Translations under genes and position numbers: made by a program
The notes under the pieces: model-generated
Database searches by the model: none
The model's input: the letters and a program-made list of their open reading frames with translations, nothing else
What the model was told of the DNA's origin: nothing
In this document: piece after piece, positions 30,359 through 40,583 of the stretch
Layout: every line of letters begins with the position of its first letter
How positions within the stretch are numbered: position 1 is the stretch's first letter
Assembly (NCBI GenBank): GCA_965262715.1
Contig: OZ253553.1
Coordinates: 576,001 to 640,000, forward strand
Length of the DNA stretch: 64,000 bases
Origin: Bdellovibrionales bacterium
GTDB lineage: Bacteria; Bdellovibrionota; Bdellovibrionia; Bdellovibrionales; JAUICD01
Direction: 5' to 3'

Positions 30359-33300
30359 TTATTTTCCGATTTCTTGATAGACAAAACTAGGTCGCCTCAA
30401 TAAATTGAATGTATCCACAGTGATAGGCTCTGTGCTTTGTCTAGCTTCTTTCATTGCATTTGCAACTAATGGGGCTTGAGCATTTTTATTCCAAAAGGGA
30501 TGCAAAATGATAATGTTTTTTCCATTTATACAAAACCCAGGCAACTTACCATATTCTTTTGGTTTGCAATCAAAATTCAAACAAAATTTATTTCGCAGAG
30601 ATATTGCTCCATTTATCCCATCTATCCACCCTTCAAGTTCAGGAGCAGAGAAATCATTATCGATACCACACTTGTAACTTGAACTAAAAAAGGTTTTAAG
30701 AAGAGATACAGCTAATCGCCAATCAAGAAGGCCATGATAATGAATATTGCGATAAGCTTTCAAACATTTATGACAAGATGAGTCACACCCTTGAATATGC
30801 TCTTCTTCATAAAGACTCTGCATAAATCGGCTATTTATAGGGTTTTTTATTTCATTTAGAATTGTTGGGAGGGTTTTTTCAATTTGAGTAGAAAATCCAG
30901 CACCATTAGGCAGATGGTCATTCAATCTGATTTCTCCACTATCTTTTCCAGTTTGTAATCGTTTTCTGACGATATTTCCGACATCTAGTTCCTCTGGATC
31001 AATATCTAAATGTTCTGCAACAAGTGTTCTTAGTAGAAAGGCAGCAGAATAGTAAGCCCCTTTCATAGCAGAATGTTTTTTCAAAAGATTCAAATCCAAA
31101 TCATTAGGAATAGAAGCATGTATAATGCTAAAAACCTCTGTTTGTTTTCTAGAAGCCAAAGCAACAGTCATGTTTTCATTAGATTCAGATATGAATTTAA
31201 AGCCATTTTTATTTTGCTGATATTCTGAGGCAATCCATTGTTGATTTAATTCCCTACTATTCTTTTTCACAGTACCTATAGATCCAGAAAAAAACTGTTT
31301 GTTGTTATCATTGATTCTAAACACATTCCCTTCATTTGTGACGCTTATTTTGCAATTAAGGTTATCTAATAATTCATGATTGAAATCTTTTTCAATAAAA
31401 CTTCCTGCTCCCTGAAACACAGGCAGATCAATATCTTCAGCATCTTTTCCATTGGAAAAATCAGTTCGAAAGCCCTTTGGAATCACATATTTAAATTCAA
31501 CAATATATTTTTCTTTTATATTTATCTCACATTTTGGACATTTTACATAATTAGGTTTATTGTCAGATGACTCAATACACCGGCATGATTCACACCGAAA
31601 GAGCCACTTTTCCTCATAGATTGGATCATCTGTTTTTATATGATTATATTGTCCATATAAAGGTGATGTGAAACCAATAGCTGTATGAATTTTTTTATCT
31701 TTTGTTTTTTGAGAACCAGGAGCGAAATCAGAAATAGCTATCTCTAAATCCCTATCAATTGTTTGAAAGTCTTTTCCACGTTGACCATGATACAGATATC
31801 GAACTCTTGAAGGCATTCCAAACATAGGTAGAAGATTTTTTTCTGCCAAAGCCTCTGCTAAACCCATTTTAGGATTTTGACCTTTAATACTCTTGTCAAT
31901 CAATGCATAAAGCTCATTTTGAATAAATTCTTTGATGTGATTTTTATCTATATTTTCAACACCTACTGTCAGAGTTTCTATTATAGAATTAAAATTTCTT
32001 CCTATTTCTTCCAGATATCTTTTAATTTGACCTTGGCAGTCTTTTTCATTATTTTTCCATGTTTCAACCGTACCAAACTCCCCATGAGTGTCTGTATTTG
32101 TAGGTCCATCTGATCCAGAAAATCCTGCTTTTTCAAAAGCCTGTCTGAGAACTTCCTTTATAATAAGACGTCGAGCAATTTCCTGTCTGGGCATAGACAA
32201 AAAAGGTACTGGAGGAGCATCATTTAAAATCTGTTCTGGGTAATGGAAGTAAAAATTATCAAAGCTATTGCCTCGACATAATGTTAAAGCAAAGGAAAAA
32301 GCTTGATTTCTTCTACCGGCTCGGCCCACTCTCTGTTGGTAATTAAATCTTTGTGGAGGCATATTAGCTAAAAATACTGATTGTAACGGACCAATATCTA
32401 CACCTACTTCCATTGTAGTTGTAACGCTCAATATATCTATTTCTTCTACAATTTTGTTTTTTGAGTCATCGAGGATTAAGCCACGAAAATGTCTCTGTCT
32501 CTCTGGCTGTTTGTTTTTATCTGTTTGAGCAGATAATTCTTCACAGTGAAGACGAATAGGTTCTCTATTATCTTTAACAGACTTTGAATAGTAATTTTTT
32601 TTGTACAAATCTTTACAAGTTACATTTGTTTCTTCTTCCAGCTTCGCAAAGCAGTTGCTACATATTCTACCACTATTATGCAAATGAGGTCGTCTACACT
32701 TTGGACACTCCCAAGCAGGGTCATTTGGGTTAGCGATTTTTATAAAAAGGTTTTTTGACTCTAAAATCGCTTTTCTGTGACCTTGTTCTTCACAAACTAA
32801 TTTCCAAATGATTTGCTCTAACTGATTTTCTTTAATTTGGTGAATTTCTGCACATTTTTTAATATATTCTTTTATCTTTTTTTTCAAATTACTTATAAAG
32901 TCAACACTTTGAACTGGATAGAGGCTGTTTTCATATCTCCCGGCATCTCCAAGCATTCTTATAAAACTATTACATATTTCTTTTAAGGAGTTTGAGGACA
33001 AAGATGTATTTTTATCTAAAATTTCATTTTTTTGTTTCTCTATAATGTGATTTTCTATGTTGAGACAAGGAAATCCTAAACCAGAAGACTCAAAACCAAA
33101 GTAAAGCCTTTGAAATAGAGCTCTAAAAATTCTTTGTTTAATCTCATTTCTAAACTCTCCTCTTTTTTCTTTTAAAGTTTGAGAAACTCCATCATTCCAA
33201 ACTTGATATTTTGATGAGTTAAATAAATCATACCATGGATGTTCTTGATTATTTTCTGAATCCCAAGATTTATCTAAAGTATTACCAGCAGGATTGACAC

Positions 33301-35998
33301 CCATATTTTTTAGCCTAAGTAGTAATGTTTCTTCTGTGTTATCTTCAAATAAGATATTGATTGGAAGAATTTGTGTTTCTTTCATCCGTTTTATTCTATC
33401 TATTTCTTTCTGATATTTGTCTTTATTTTCTTTTAGTTCGTCAATTAAATCTGATTGTTTTTCACAAAATTGGATGTAATCAATATATTTTTTTAACTTT
33501 TGAAAATGCCCCGGATGTTGACTTTCATATCTTTTAGCCATATCACTTTTTGCCTCTTGATATTGTTCTAAATCTTCTAGAAATTCTGGCTCTCCTTTAA
33601 CAATCAGCTTAAGTTCAGTGTAAAGAATTTCTCTAATCAAATCTTGGTAATGACTTCTTTCAATACCATTAGAAACCCTTGCCGCTTCTTCACGGCTATC
33701 TGAAAAAACAATCATTTTTCTATTTTTTTGATTTAAATGGTAAAACATTTCTTTAGATAAAATCTGTATCATTTTTGAAAATCCTGTTCGAAATCCTTTA
33801 ACGGGAGTTTTTAATTTGCTCTTTTGATAGTTTGCTCCACAGCTTGGACAAATAGAGGATAAAGCCATTATTTTTGATAAATCATCCCTAGAATCAGAAG
33901 TGTTAAATAAATAACCATTGATACAATCATCTTCATGATTATGCTCAAGTTTAATTTTCCCTGATTTTTTATGCAGATTTGCTTTACTCCATTTGTATTT
34001 GGATCGAGATTGTTTCCCTGATGTGGTAGTTAAAGGTTGTGACCACGGTGGTTTATTCTCTATTTCTGAATCAATAGATTGTCCTTTAGGACAAGGCCAA
34101 AACAAGGCATAATCCTTATAACTTCTTTTTTCTACAAAAGGCGTGATCTGCTCATCTGGTATCTTTTCAATGTCTGAAGTGGTTTGCAATAATTCAAAGC
34201 CATTATGATCCTCTCTATTAAACCTTATGCCGCCAAAGAATAATGTGCCACATTGTTCACAGTAAAGGGATTCAAAGACTTTGTGTTGAGCCTTGCAGAG
34301 CAAAGGCGGGTCTTGCAACCATAATTTACCTAAAGAGTTGTTATCATTGTTTTGATCTCTATATTCTTTAGAACATTCAGGATGGGTACAAGCCCATAAA
34401 CCTTCTATATTTTTAAAAAACAAATGAAATCTAAAGGAAAGTTTGATCTGTTTATAATAATTGTGGATAAAGCAAAATAATCCTTCTATAGCTTTTACTG
34501 CATCTTGATCTTCACTAAATATTTTTTTTGAAAGTTCATCTAAAGCAAGAGCTTTTTTACTTTCTTTTTTGAAAATATGACGTATTAAAACATTTATAGA
34601 ATCAAAAATATCTTGGTCTTTATCCTTCTTTAAAGATTTTTTAAGCTCGTTAAGAATTTCTGTTGGTTTATCATTGTTTTTTAGAAAAACTTGAGATGAC
34701 AAGTTTTTAAGATGATGATCAGAAGTCTTAGGATCATCAATTTCACCACTGACGATTTGATCTTTTTTCCAATTTATTCCAAAGAAGTCTTTTAAAAATC
34801 TCAAGCTCTCTGACTTTTCAGGTTCTAGTGAAGCACTAGATGCCAATATTCTTAATTGTGGACTATCAGGTGATAAACCAAGCCTATAGAGAAGTAAACG
34901 AATCAAATAAGCCACTTCCGCACCAGCTGTTCCACGATAAAGGTGCAATTCATCCACAGTCAAATGAAAAATATGACTTGGATCTTTTTCTAACCACTGA
35001 CGAGTTTTTTTAAAAATATCTTTATCAACGTCTCTCATCATCATAATGCTAAGCATGCTGTAGTTGGTGATCAAAATATCGGGTGGGTGGTCCTGCATGT
35101 CCCAACGGTTTGTCATCTCTGCTCTGTTGATTGTTGAGAAAAAATATTGCAATTCTTTTTTTTCTTTTTGATCAGAATGTTTCTCTAACTGTTGTTGTGT
35201 TTTATCTGTTTCTTCTAAGAATTGAGTGAGTTTTTTCAATTTACTTGTTTTCTTTTCATGTCCTGGGACAGGGGTCATACCTGTATAACGACCAAAATAA
35301 AACCGATTGGAATTACGATTTTCAACAAACCACTTCTCTGCACTATCAGAAGTTAAAGCCTTTCTTAAACGAGAAAGTTGATCTTCTACAAGAGCATTCA
35401 TAGGATAAAGAATTAAAGCTCGAACAGCTGGATCTCTTTTTTCATGGTCCCTTTGAGAAACTCTATAACTTTTTTTTAAGCCTTTGTTATTTTTCTTTTG
35501 ACAGGATTTTTTCCAATCCTCATTTTTCCACCAGTCATTTAAATGAATATCAGGCTTGTCTGGCTTTTCCCAAGTGAAAGACTCTTTCACAAGACTTGCA
35601 AATAAAGGTAATAAAAAGGACTCGGTCTTACCTGAACCTGTTCCAGATGTGATCACTGTATTTTGACCTTTAAGACTTTTTGTCAACATTTCATATTGAT
35701 GTTGATAAAGTTCCATATCTTCTTTTAAAAATCCAGAATGAGCAAAAGCTTGAAAAGCCTTGACCTGATTGGGTGAGAAACCTTCCAAATCCTTTTCTGT
35801 TAAATCAGATATTGTTTTGTTTGATCCTTTGTATTTTTGGATCAATTCAATGTAGGGTTTTTGATAAAAAAGGCCTTCTTTGTCTAGAATTTCTGCTCTT
35901 TCTTTTTCAAATGAAGGAAATTGTGTAGCAAATCGAGTCTGCACATAAAGCTTAAAATTATCCCTGATTTCCTCAAAGGCTTTTATTGGATTACGCAT
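30359..35998 (-). CDS. Large DEAD/DEAH-box helicase with C-terminal DUF1998, DruE-like
   Basis: SGTGSGKTES, YPMNALVEDQ, DELH, TTTMEVGVDIG, YQQRVGRAGRR, several CxxC pairs, GAGF and CDSSCHKCL (DUF1998-type). Confidence 0.85.
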   Translation of the reverse strand: MRNPIKAFEEIRDNFKLYVQTRFATQFPSFEKERAEILDKEGLFYQKPYIELIQKYKGSNKTISDLTEKDLEGFSPNQVKAFQAFAHSGFLKEDMELYQHQYEMLTKSLKGQNTVITSGTGSGKTESFLLPLFASLVKESFTWEKPDKPDIHLNDWWKNEDWKKSCQKKNNKGLKKSYRVSQRDHEKRDPAVRALILYPMNALVEDQLSRLRKALTSDSAEKWFVENRNSNRFYFGRYTGMTPVPGHEKKTSKLKKLTQFLEETDKTQQQLEKHSDQKEKKELQYFFSTINRAEMTNRWDMQDHPPDILITNYSMLSIMMMRDVDKDIFKKTRQWLEKDPSHIFHLTVDELHLYRGTAGAEVAYLIRLLLYRLGLSPDSPQLRILASSASLEPEKSESLRFLKDFFGINWKKDQIVSGEIDDPKTSDHHLKNLSSQVFLKNNDKPTEILNELKKSLKKDKDQDIFDSINVLIRHIFKKESKKALALDELSKKIFSEDQDAVKAIEGLFCFIHNYYKQIKLSFRFHLFFKNIEGLWACTHPECSKEYRDQNNDNNSLGKLWLQDPPLLCKAQHKVFESLYCEQCGTLFFGGIRFNREDHNGFELLQTTSDIEKIPDEQITPFVEKRSYKDYALFWPCPKGQSIDSEIENKPPWSQPLTTTSGKQSRSKYKWSKANLHKKSGKIKLEHNHEDDCINGYLFNTSDSRDDLSKIMALSSICPSCGANYQKSKLKTPVKGFRTGFSKMIQILSKEMFYHLNQKNRKMIVFSDSREEAARVSNGIERSHYQDLIREILYTELKLIVKGEPEFLEDLEQYQEAKSDMAKRYESQHPGHFQKLKKYIDYIQFCEKQSDLIDELKENKDKYQKEIDRIKRMKETQILPINILFEDNTEETLLLRLKNMGVNPAGNTLDKSWDSENNQEHPWYDLFNSSKYQVWNDGVSQTLKEKRGEFRNEIKQRIFRALFQRLYFGFESSGLGFPCLNIENHIIEKQKNEILDKNTSLSSNSLKEICNSFIRMLGDAGRYENSLYPVQSVDFISNLKKKIKEYIKKCAEIHQIKENQLEQIIWKLVCEEQGHRKAILESKNLFIKIANPNDPAWECPKCRRPHLHNSGRICSNCFAKLEEETNVTCKDLYKKNYYSKSVKDNREPIRLHCEELSAQTDKNKQPERQRHFRGLILDDSKNKIVEEIDILSVTTTMEVGVDIGPLQSVFLANMPPQRFNYQQRVGRAGRRNQAFSFALTLCRGNSFDNFYFHYPEQILNDAPPVPFLSMPRQEIARRLIIKEVLRQAFEKAGFSGSDGPTNTDTHGEFGTVETWKNNEKDCQGQIKRYLEEIGRNFNSIIETLTVGVENIDKNHIKEFIQNELYALIDKSIKGQNPKMGLAEALAEKNLLPMFGMPSRVRYLYHGQRGKDFQTIDRDLEIAISDFAPGSQKTKDKKIHTAIGFTSPLYGQYNHIKTDDPIYEEKWLFRCESCRCIESSDNKPNYVKCPKCEINIKEKYIVEFKYVIPKGFRTDFSNGKDAEDIDLPVFQGAGSFIEKDFNHELLDNLNCKISVTNEGNVFRINDNNKQFFSGSIGTVKKNSRELNQQWIASEYQQNKNGFKFISESNENMTVALASRKQTEVFSIIHASIPNDLDLNLLKKHSAMKGAYYSAAFLLRTLVAEHLDIDPEELDVGNIVRKRLQTGKDSGEIRLNDHLPNGAGFSTQIEKTLPTILNEIKNPINSRFMQSLYEEEHIQGCDSSCHKCLKAYRNIHYHGLLDWRLAVSLLKTFFSSSYKCGIDNDFSAPELEGWIDGINGAISLRNKFCLNFDCKPKEYGKLPGFCINGKNIIILHPFWNKNAQAPLVANAMKEARQSTEPITVDTFNLLRRPSFVYQEIGK

Positions 35999-36971
35999 TA
36001 TTTTTCCTGTTTTGAAACCTTAGTTTCTGTTCCAGTTTACAAGCGATAAGTTCCGCTATTTTATAAGGAACACTTTTGAAGATAAATTTTTTATTTTCTC
36101 TAATAGGAGGAATTCCAGAAAGCAACGTCAATCCTCTTTCAAAAATAGCTGGAAACCGAAGTTTCGAGCACAATTCAAATGTTTGTTTATCATATTCTAA
36201 TACAGGACAATTTGATTGCTTTGCCATAATAAAACGTCCCCAATCTAAATTGACTTTTGCTTTATCTTCGTTTGAAGACTTAAAAAGATAATATGTGTGA
36301 GATTTTTCATAATGTGATATTTTAACAAGAGATAAGTCATTTCTAAATTGCTCTTTTGATTCAAGGTTTTGAAACTTTAAGGTGCTTGTATCGAAAAACT
36401 GTTTAATATCTGATGTATTGCCACTATGCCATTCTAAAGATAAAGACTGCTCGTATTGATTTATATCTCCAGTAAATTCTAATATATCCCAAGCTATAGG
36501 ATGTTCACAAGCTTTTATATAACCTGATAACTTATTTCCTTGAAACGCAACTTTTTGTAGATGATCTTCCAAATCTTCTCTATTTTCAGGTTTTATCATC
36601 ACAGTAGCTGGAAGACATTTATGACTTGTTATTTCAGTTTGAAAATGAGATTTGATCGTTTTCAACAATTCAGGAATGCATGCTCCTGTCAGAAGAAAAA
36701 TAGGCGTAAGATAAGGCAGGGCCACCAGCATAGGTGGAGTTACTTTGATATATGTTTGGCTGTTATTTTCTCCTATGTCTATGTATCCTAAAGCACTTAA
36801 TTTTCTGGAGAGATTAAGTATAAAATATTTGTCTTTCTCTAAAGAGTCTCTTCCATAAAGAATCTCTACATACTTTTTGAAATCATGCCATCTCAAAGTC
36901 TTTTTTTTAGAGAGTAAATACAGCAAATAATGACCCGGTTGACCTTTAGACTTTAACATGTTCTGCCTCAT
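35991..36971 (-). CDS. Hypothetical protein, Druantia accessory-like
   Basis: Overlaps both neighbours (8 and 26 bp); LSALGYID, ERGLTLLSG; position directly before the helicase. Confidence 0.6.
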   Translation of the reverse strand: MRQNMLKSKGQPGHYLLYLLSKKKTLRWHDFKKYVEILYGRDSLEKDKYFILNLSRKLSALGYIDIGENNSQTYIKVTPPMLVALPYLTPIFLLTGACIPELLKTIKSHFQTEITSHKCLPATVMIKPENREDLEDHLQKVAFQGNKLSGYIKACEHPIAWDILEFTGDINQYEQSLSLEWHSGNTSDIKQFFDTSTLKFQNLESKEQFRNDLSLVKISHYEKSHTYYLFKSSNEDKAKVNLDWGRFIMAKQSNCPVLEYDKQTFELCSKLRFPAIFERGLTLLSGIPPIRENKKFIFKSVPYKIAELIACKLEQKLRFQNRKNNA

Positions 36972-39024
36972 TTAAAAGTTTTTTCCATTCTTGTTTTTGT
37001 GGTTTTGAATCAAGGTTAAGTTGAATACGTTTTCTACGATGCCAGATGATTTTTTTCCATTGATCGATTTGTTTTCTAGAAAATTTGTTATTTGTATCAG
37101 TAAGTGATGATTTGAGTACATTTCCAAGATAATGTGCTATAGCCTTTTTATGTGTCTTAAAATGAATCATCCAATTAGCAGTCCATTTTAAATCTGTCCA
37201 TGATACAGAAATTTGCCCTGGTGTATCTCCTATCCAATAAATTTTTCCATAAGTGGGTAATTCAATATTTGGAAACCTTGTATAATCCTCTTTATGTTGT
37301 AAATAAGGTCCATAAGTTCCTTGAAGAAGTTGATTATTTTCGTTTTCCTCTTTTAAATTTCCAAAACGATCCATTGCATACCCATTCGAATATTCATTAA
37401 ATTTCTCTAATTGAGTTTTTACAAGCATAAGATGTGATTTTGTTGGTAGTCTTGAATCGCTGCCTTTTAATATGATCTCAATCCGTTCATTATAAGGAAT
37501 ATCTTTAGGAAGTAAAAAAGAATAAGAGGATTTACCTGAAGGAATCAGCTTCTTTTCTTCATTATTGACTTTATAAAAAGTCTCTGGGTCTTGATCTCTA
37601 CATCCTATAACTTTAACTTGAGGAAGGGCAAAATCAAAAAATTGATTGCCTTTAGAAAGACGAATACCTCCTTCAAAATGAATTTTAGAATGTTCATCTA
37701 TGGCAAGAGCAGGTATGGAATCTTTAATCAGACTATCATTTTTTACGCCTTTTATTTTGAAAAGATGCCAATTTGTTGGCAGGCCTGTAAAGTCATTTAA
37801 TTTTTGAAATTTGTCACATTCTTTCTGACCCCATCTTTGGACTTTCTCAACAAGATCAGAATGAACAGCAAGATAAAATAATTCATCTGGCGTATATCTC
37901 TGACCTGATACCCATCCGTCTACTTCTAATTCACTACCCTTTGTGAATATTTTGTATTTTTCTCCTTTATAGTGAAAGTGATATTTATTATCATCGGTTA
38001 TGCTAGCAGAAAAATCTTTTGCCCAATCTTTAATGGAAAACTCTTGGATGAAACCAGATATAGTAGATGATGGGGATGGCACTTGCCATTCCTTATTTTC
38101 ATTTTTTAAAATAAAATCTTCATCAGGCAATCCATTTGCTTTTTTACACCTAAAAGAAACCTTAACAGTTTTAGCTGTTTGATCTATATCATTTAAACAG
38201 ATGAGAATTTGCCCTCTTTTTTGATGGCGGCCAGCTGATGTTTCTTCTATCTGATCTTCATCATAGTTTTTAAGTTCTTCTAAAAATCTATTACATAATT
38301 GAGAACGAAAATCAAGTCTGCCTTTTTCAATTCTTTTTTGAGTCCTATTTGAAAGCTTTTGTTTATATCTCTTTAAGGCTTGCAAAATCTCTGCTTCTGT
38401 GGGGATGGAATCTGAATCCCATCCCATTTTCCAAAATATTTCAGGAAGATGCTGTTGATCTTCTTTTGTAAGGACTACTTGATAATAAAGGATACCGACA
38501 TAAAGCCGTCCACCGTATATATCAAGATGAAACTCCCCAAACCCACCTTGTTTATCTTCTAAAGTCCATTTTTCTAAATCCTCCCATAAATCTGGTATGT
38601 TTTTAAAGTCTTGTGTTGAAAGGTTCTCTCCTATAAGCTCATTAAGTCTTGGATAATAAGCTATTTCAGAAAAATCTTCATTATTTCTCCCATGGCTGAC
38701 AGCTAATACAAATAAAGCTAAATAGGCGGTATAGGGTGGATATTTAAATTGACTTTTATCACTTTCCCACTTTTTAAATATCTTATGAGCTTTTTTACAG
38801 ACATTGTTTTGTTTTAAGTCATTTTTGATCTCATCAGGGCCTAATTTAACAACCTTTATAAATTCTTCAAAAGTGGTGTTGTTTTCTTTAGCAATTTTTC
38901 CTATTAAATCTTTTTCGGCAGAAAACCACATGCGTTGTCCGGACTTGTTCTCATTGAAAAAATAACTTGCAATTGCATCATTCCACTCCAGATACTTCAA
39001 GACAAAATCCTTTCTGATTTTCAA
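36946..39024 (-). CDS. Hypothetical protein, Druantia accessory-like
   Basis: YLEWNDAIASYFF, PPYTAYLALFVLA, YYPRL, LWEDLEKW; first gene of the helicase operon; TTG start. Confidence 0.6.
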   Translation of the reverse strand: MKIRKDFVLKYLEWNDAIASYFFNENKSGQRMWFSAEKDLIGKIAKENNTTFEEFIKVVKLGPDEIKNDLKQNNVCKKAHKIFKKWESDKSQFKYPPYTAYLALFVLAVSHGRNNEDFSEIAYYPRLNELIGENLSTQDFKNIPDLWEDLEKWTLEDKQGGFGEFHLDIYGGRLYVGILYYQVVLTKEDQQHLPEIFWKMGWDSDSIPTEAEILQALKRYKQKLSNRTQKRIEKGRLDFRSQLCNRFLEELKNYDEDQIEETSAGRHQKRGQILICLNDIDQTAKTVKVSFRCKKANGLPDEDFILKNENKEWQVPSPSSTISGFIQEFSIKDWAKDFSASITDDNKYHFHYKGEKYKIFTKGSELEVDGWVSGQRYTPDELFYLAVHSDLVEKVQRWGQKECDKFQKLNDFTGLPTNWHLFKIKGVKNDSLIKDSIPALAIDEHSKIHFEGGIRLSKGNQFFDFALPQVKVIGCRDQDPETFYKVNNEEKKLIPSGKSSYSFLLPKDIPYNERIEIILKGSDSRLPTKSHLMLVKTQLEKFNEYSNGYAMDRFGNLKEENENNQLLQGTYGPYLQHKEDYTRFPNIELPTYGKIYWIGDTPGQISVSWTDLKWTANWMIHFKTHKKAIAHYLGNVLKSSLTDTNNKFSRKQIDQWKKIIWHRRKRIQLNLDSKPQKQEWKKLLNEAEHVKV

Positions 39025-39302
39025 CTAACTGATCAATGGAGAAATAAACTTTTATCAATAATAATTTTGGATTATTCTAAAGAGATATCTTTAGATTTAT
39101 GTAGCTATAAAAAGGATCGGTAAAATCCTAATCAATCTTTAGGCCAAATAACTTTTTTTAAAATTTACTTTTTATGATATTTTGATACATGGCCGTTTCT
39201 AATTTTGAAATAAGGGTGTTAGATAAGAGAAGATAAAATAAAATAGATTCTTATGAGAAGTAGTCTGAGAAAATAGATATTGCATTTTACAATATATGTT
39301 CT

Positions 39303-39393
39303 AGGATCCGGCAGTCCGGCAATCTGGCAGCTGTGCCCGGAAGCCGTTCACGGAACCTGAATACCGGTTTGTCCGATTGACAGACCCCGGAAT
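39303..39393. repeat. GC-rich palindromic repeat (family B)
   Basis: CCGGCAGTCCGGCAATCTGGCAG...AGACCCCGGAA. Confidence 0.55.
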
Positions 39394-39429
39394 AAGAAAG
39401 GCTTAACTAATTATGAACTTACTTTATTA

Positions 39430-39816
39430 TCATTGACTTATGTATGCATCAGCTTCAATTTCAATCAGCATTTCAGGATTAATTAATTGCTTGACCTCAA
39501 CCATAGTTGTTGTAGGAGGATGGTTTTCAAAAAATTCTCTATGTGCTTTCCCAAATAATTCCCATTTTGAAATATCAGTTACAAACATTCTTGTCCGCAT
39601 AATTTTAGAAATAGGTACATCTAATTTAGCGAGAGTGTCTTCGATAATCTGTAAACATTTTTTCGCTTGTAAATAAGCATCATTAGGAGCAAAAACATGA
39701 CCATTGCTGTCAATAGAAGTTGTTCCTGTCACATATATATGATCACCAGCCTTCAACGCTCTACAATAACCTACTTTTTTTTTCCATGGCGTGTTTGTAA
39801 ATGTTCTTTGAAACAT
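39430..39816 (-). CDS. RidA/YjgF family protein
   Basis: VGYCRA, VTGTT, RTRMFVTDI, PTTTMVEV, IEIEADA. Confidence 0.9.
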   Translation of the reverse strand: MFQRTFTNTPWKKKVGYCRALKAGDHIYVTGTTSIDSNGHVFAPNDAYLQAKKCLQIIEDTLAKLDVPISKIMRTRMFVTDISKWELFGKAHREFFENHPPTTTMVEVKQLINPEMLIEIEADAYISQ

Positions 39817-39964
39817 TATCTTTTCCTTTCTATTTTAAAAATTTATCTTTTTTATAGAGGTCAAAGATATGGGTTAAAATGTAAAATAAAAATATACTCA
39901 AGGCAAATTGAAAATATAGACTTAAGGTTTTTTGTGTGAAAATGTGACATAGAAGACACATAAT

Positions 39965-40065
39965 CGGAATAGATGGAAGGTAGAAAGAACTTTTGCTTGG
40001 CTTCAAAATTTTAGAAGGTTAGTGACTCCATATGAAGTAAAAGACGAGATTTTAAACAACCTTAG
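39965..40065 (+). pseudogene. IS5-family transposase C-terminal remnant with IS end
   Basis: Translates [24 protein letters not shown]; followed by TTTTAAACAACCTTAG resembling an IS5-type right end. Confidence 0.75.
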
Positions 40066-40089
40066 TTATAATAATTCTCCCAGAAATAT

Positions 40090-40541
40090 CTATGGAAGTA
40101 AATTTATATGTGTTTTATTTTTATATATATGTCCCCTAGGCTTATTGATTATTCGATGATCTGTGAAATCTTCATGTAAATCTTTATCCCCTTTATCACC
40201 ACCAAATAACAGTCTGGCCCTTCTCTCTACTAATGCTATAGCAAGAATATGTGTGTCATTGGACCTTATTGAAGTCTTGTTGATCTTACGAGTAAGATCA
40301 ATTTTTTCTTTCATCTCTTTTGATTCAACTCGATAAGTAGCTCTTTGTAACCTTATGATCATTTTTTTCATGTTAGGAGATTTTTTATTTCATCTATGCT
40401 TTTCTTATCATTACCATATACTAATGTTAATTTTTGTTTTTTAATACACTTATGAATAGGTACTGAATCTTCATGATTCATATCTACAAATTTGTGAAAA
40501 ACACTAGCATCAACAATTATTCCCGGCTTTGACAATCCCAT
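40090..40541 (-). pseudogene. PIN-domain protein, frameshifted or split into 57-aa + 93-aa halves
   Basis: ATG 40541 (AGGA RBS) gives MGLSKPGIIVDASVF..., stopping at TGA 40370-40368, which overlaps the ATG of the 93-aa ORF containing SNDTHILAIA...GDKDL; one extra A in the A6 run (40381-40386) fuses them into 150 aa. Confidence 0.7.
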
Positions 40542-40583
40542 AATTCTATCCTATTTTTCTAAATTAAGATGTTGTAATAAAAC

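Noticed and set aside
30359..35998. DISARM DrmA/DrmB
   Set aside because: Helicase and DUF1998 are in one polypeptide, and no methylase, PLD or SNF2 gene is adjacent.
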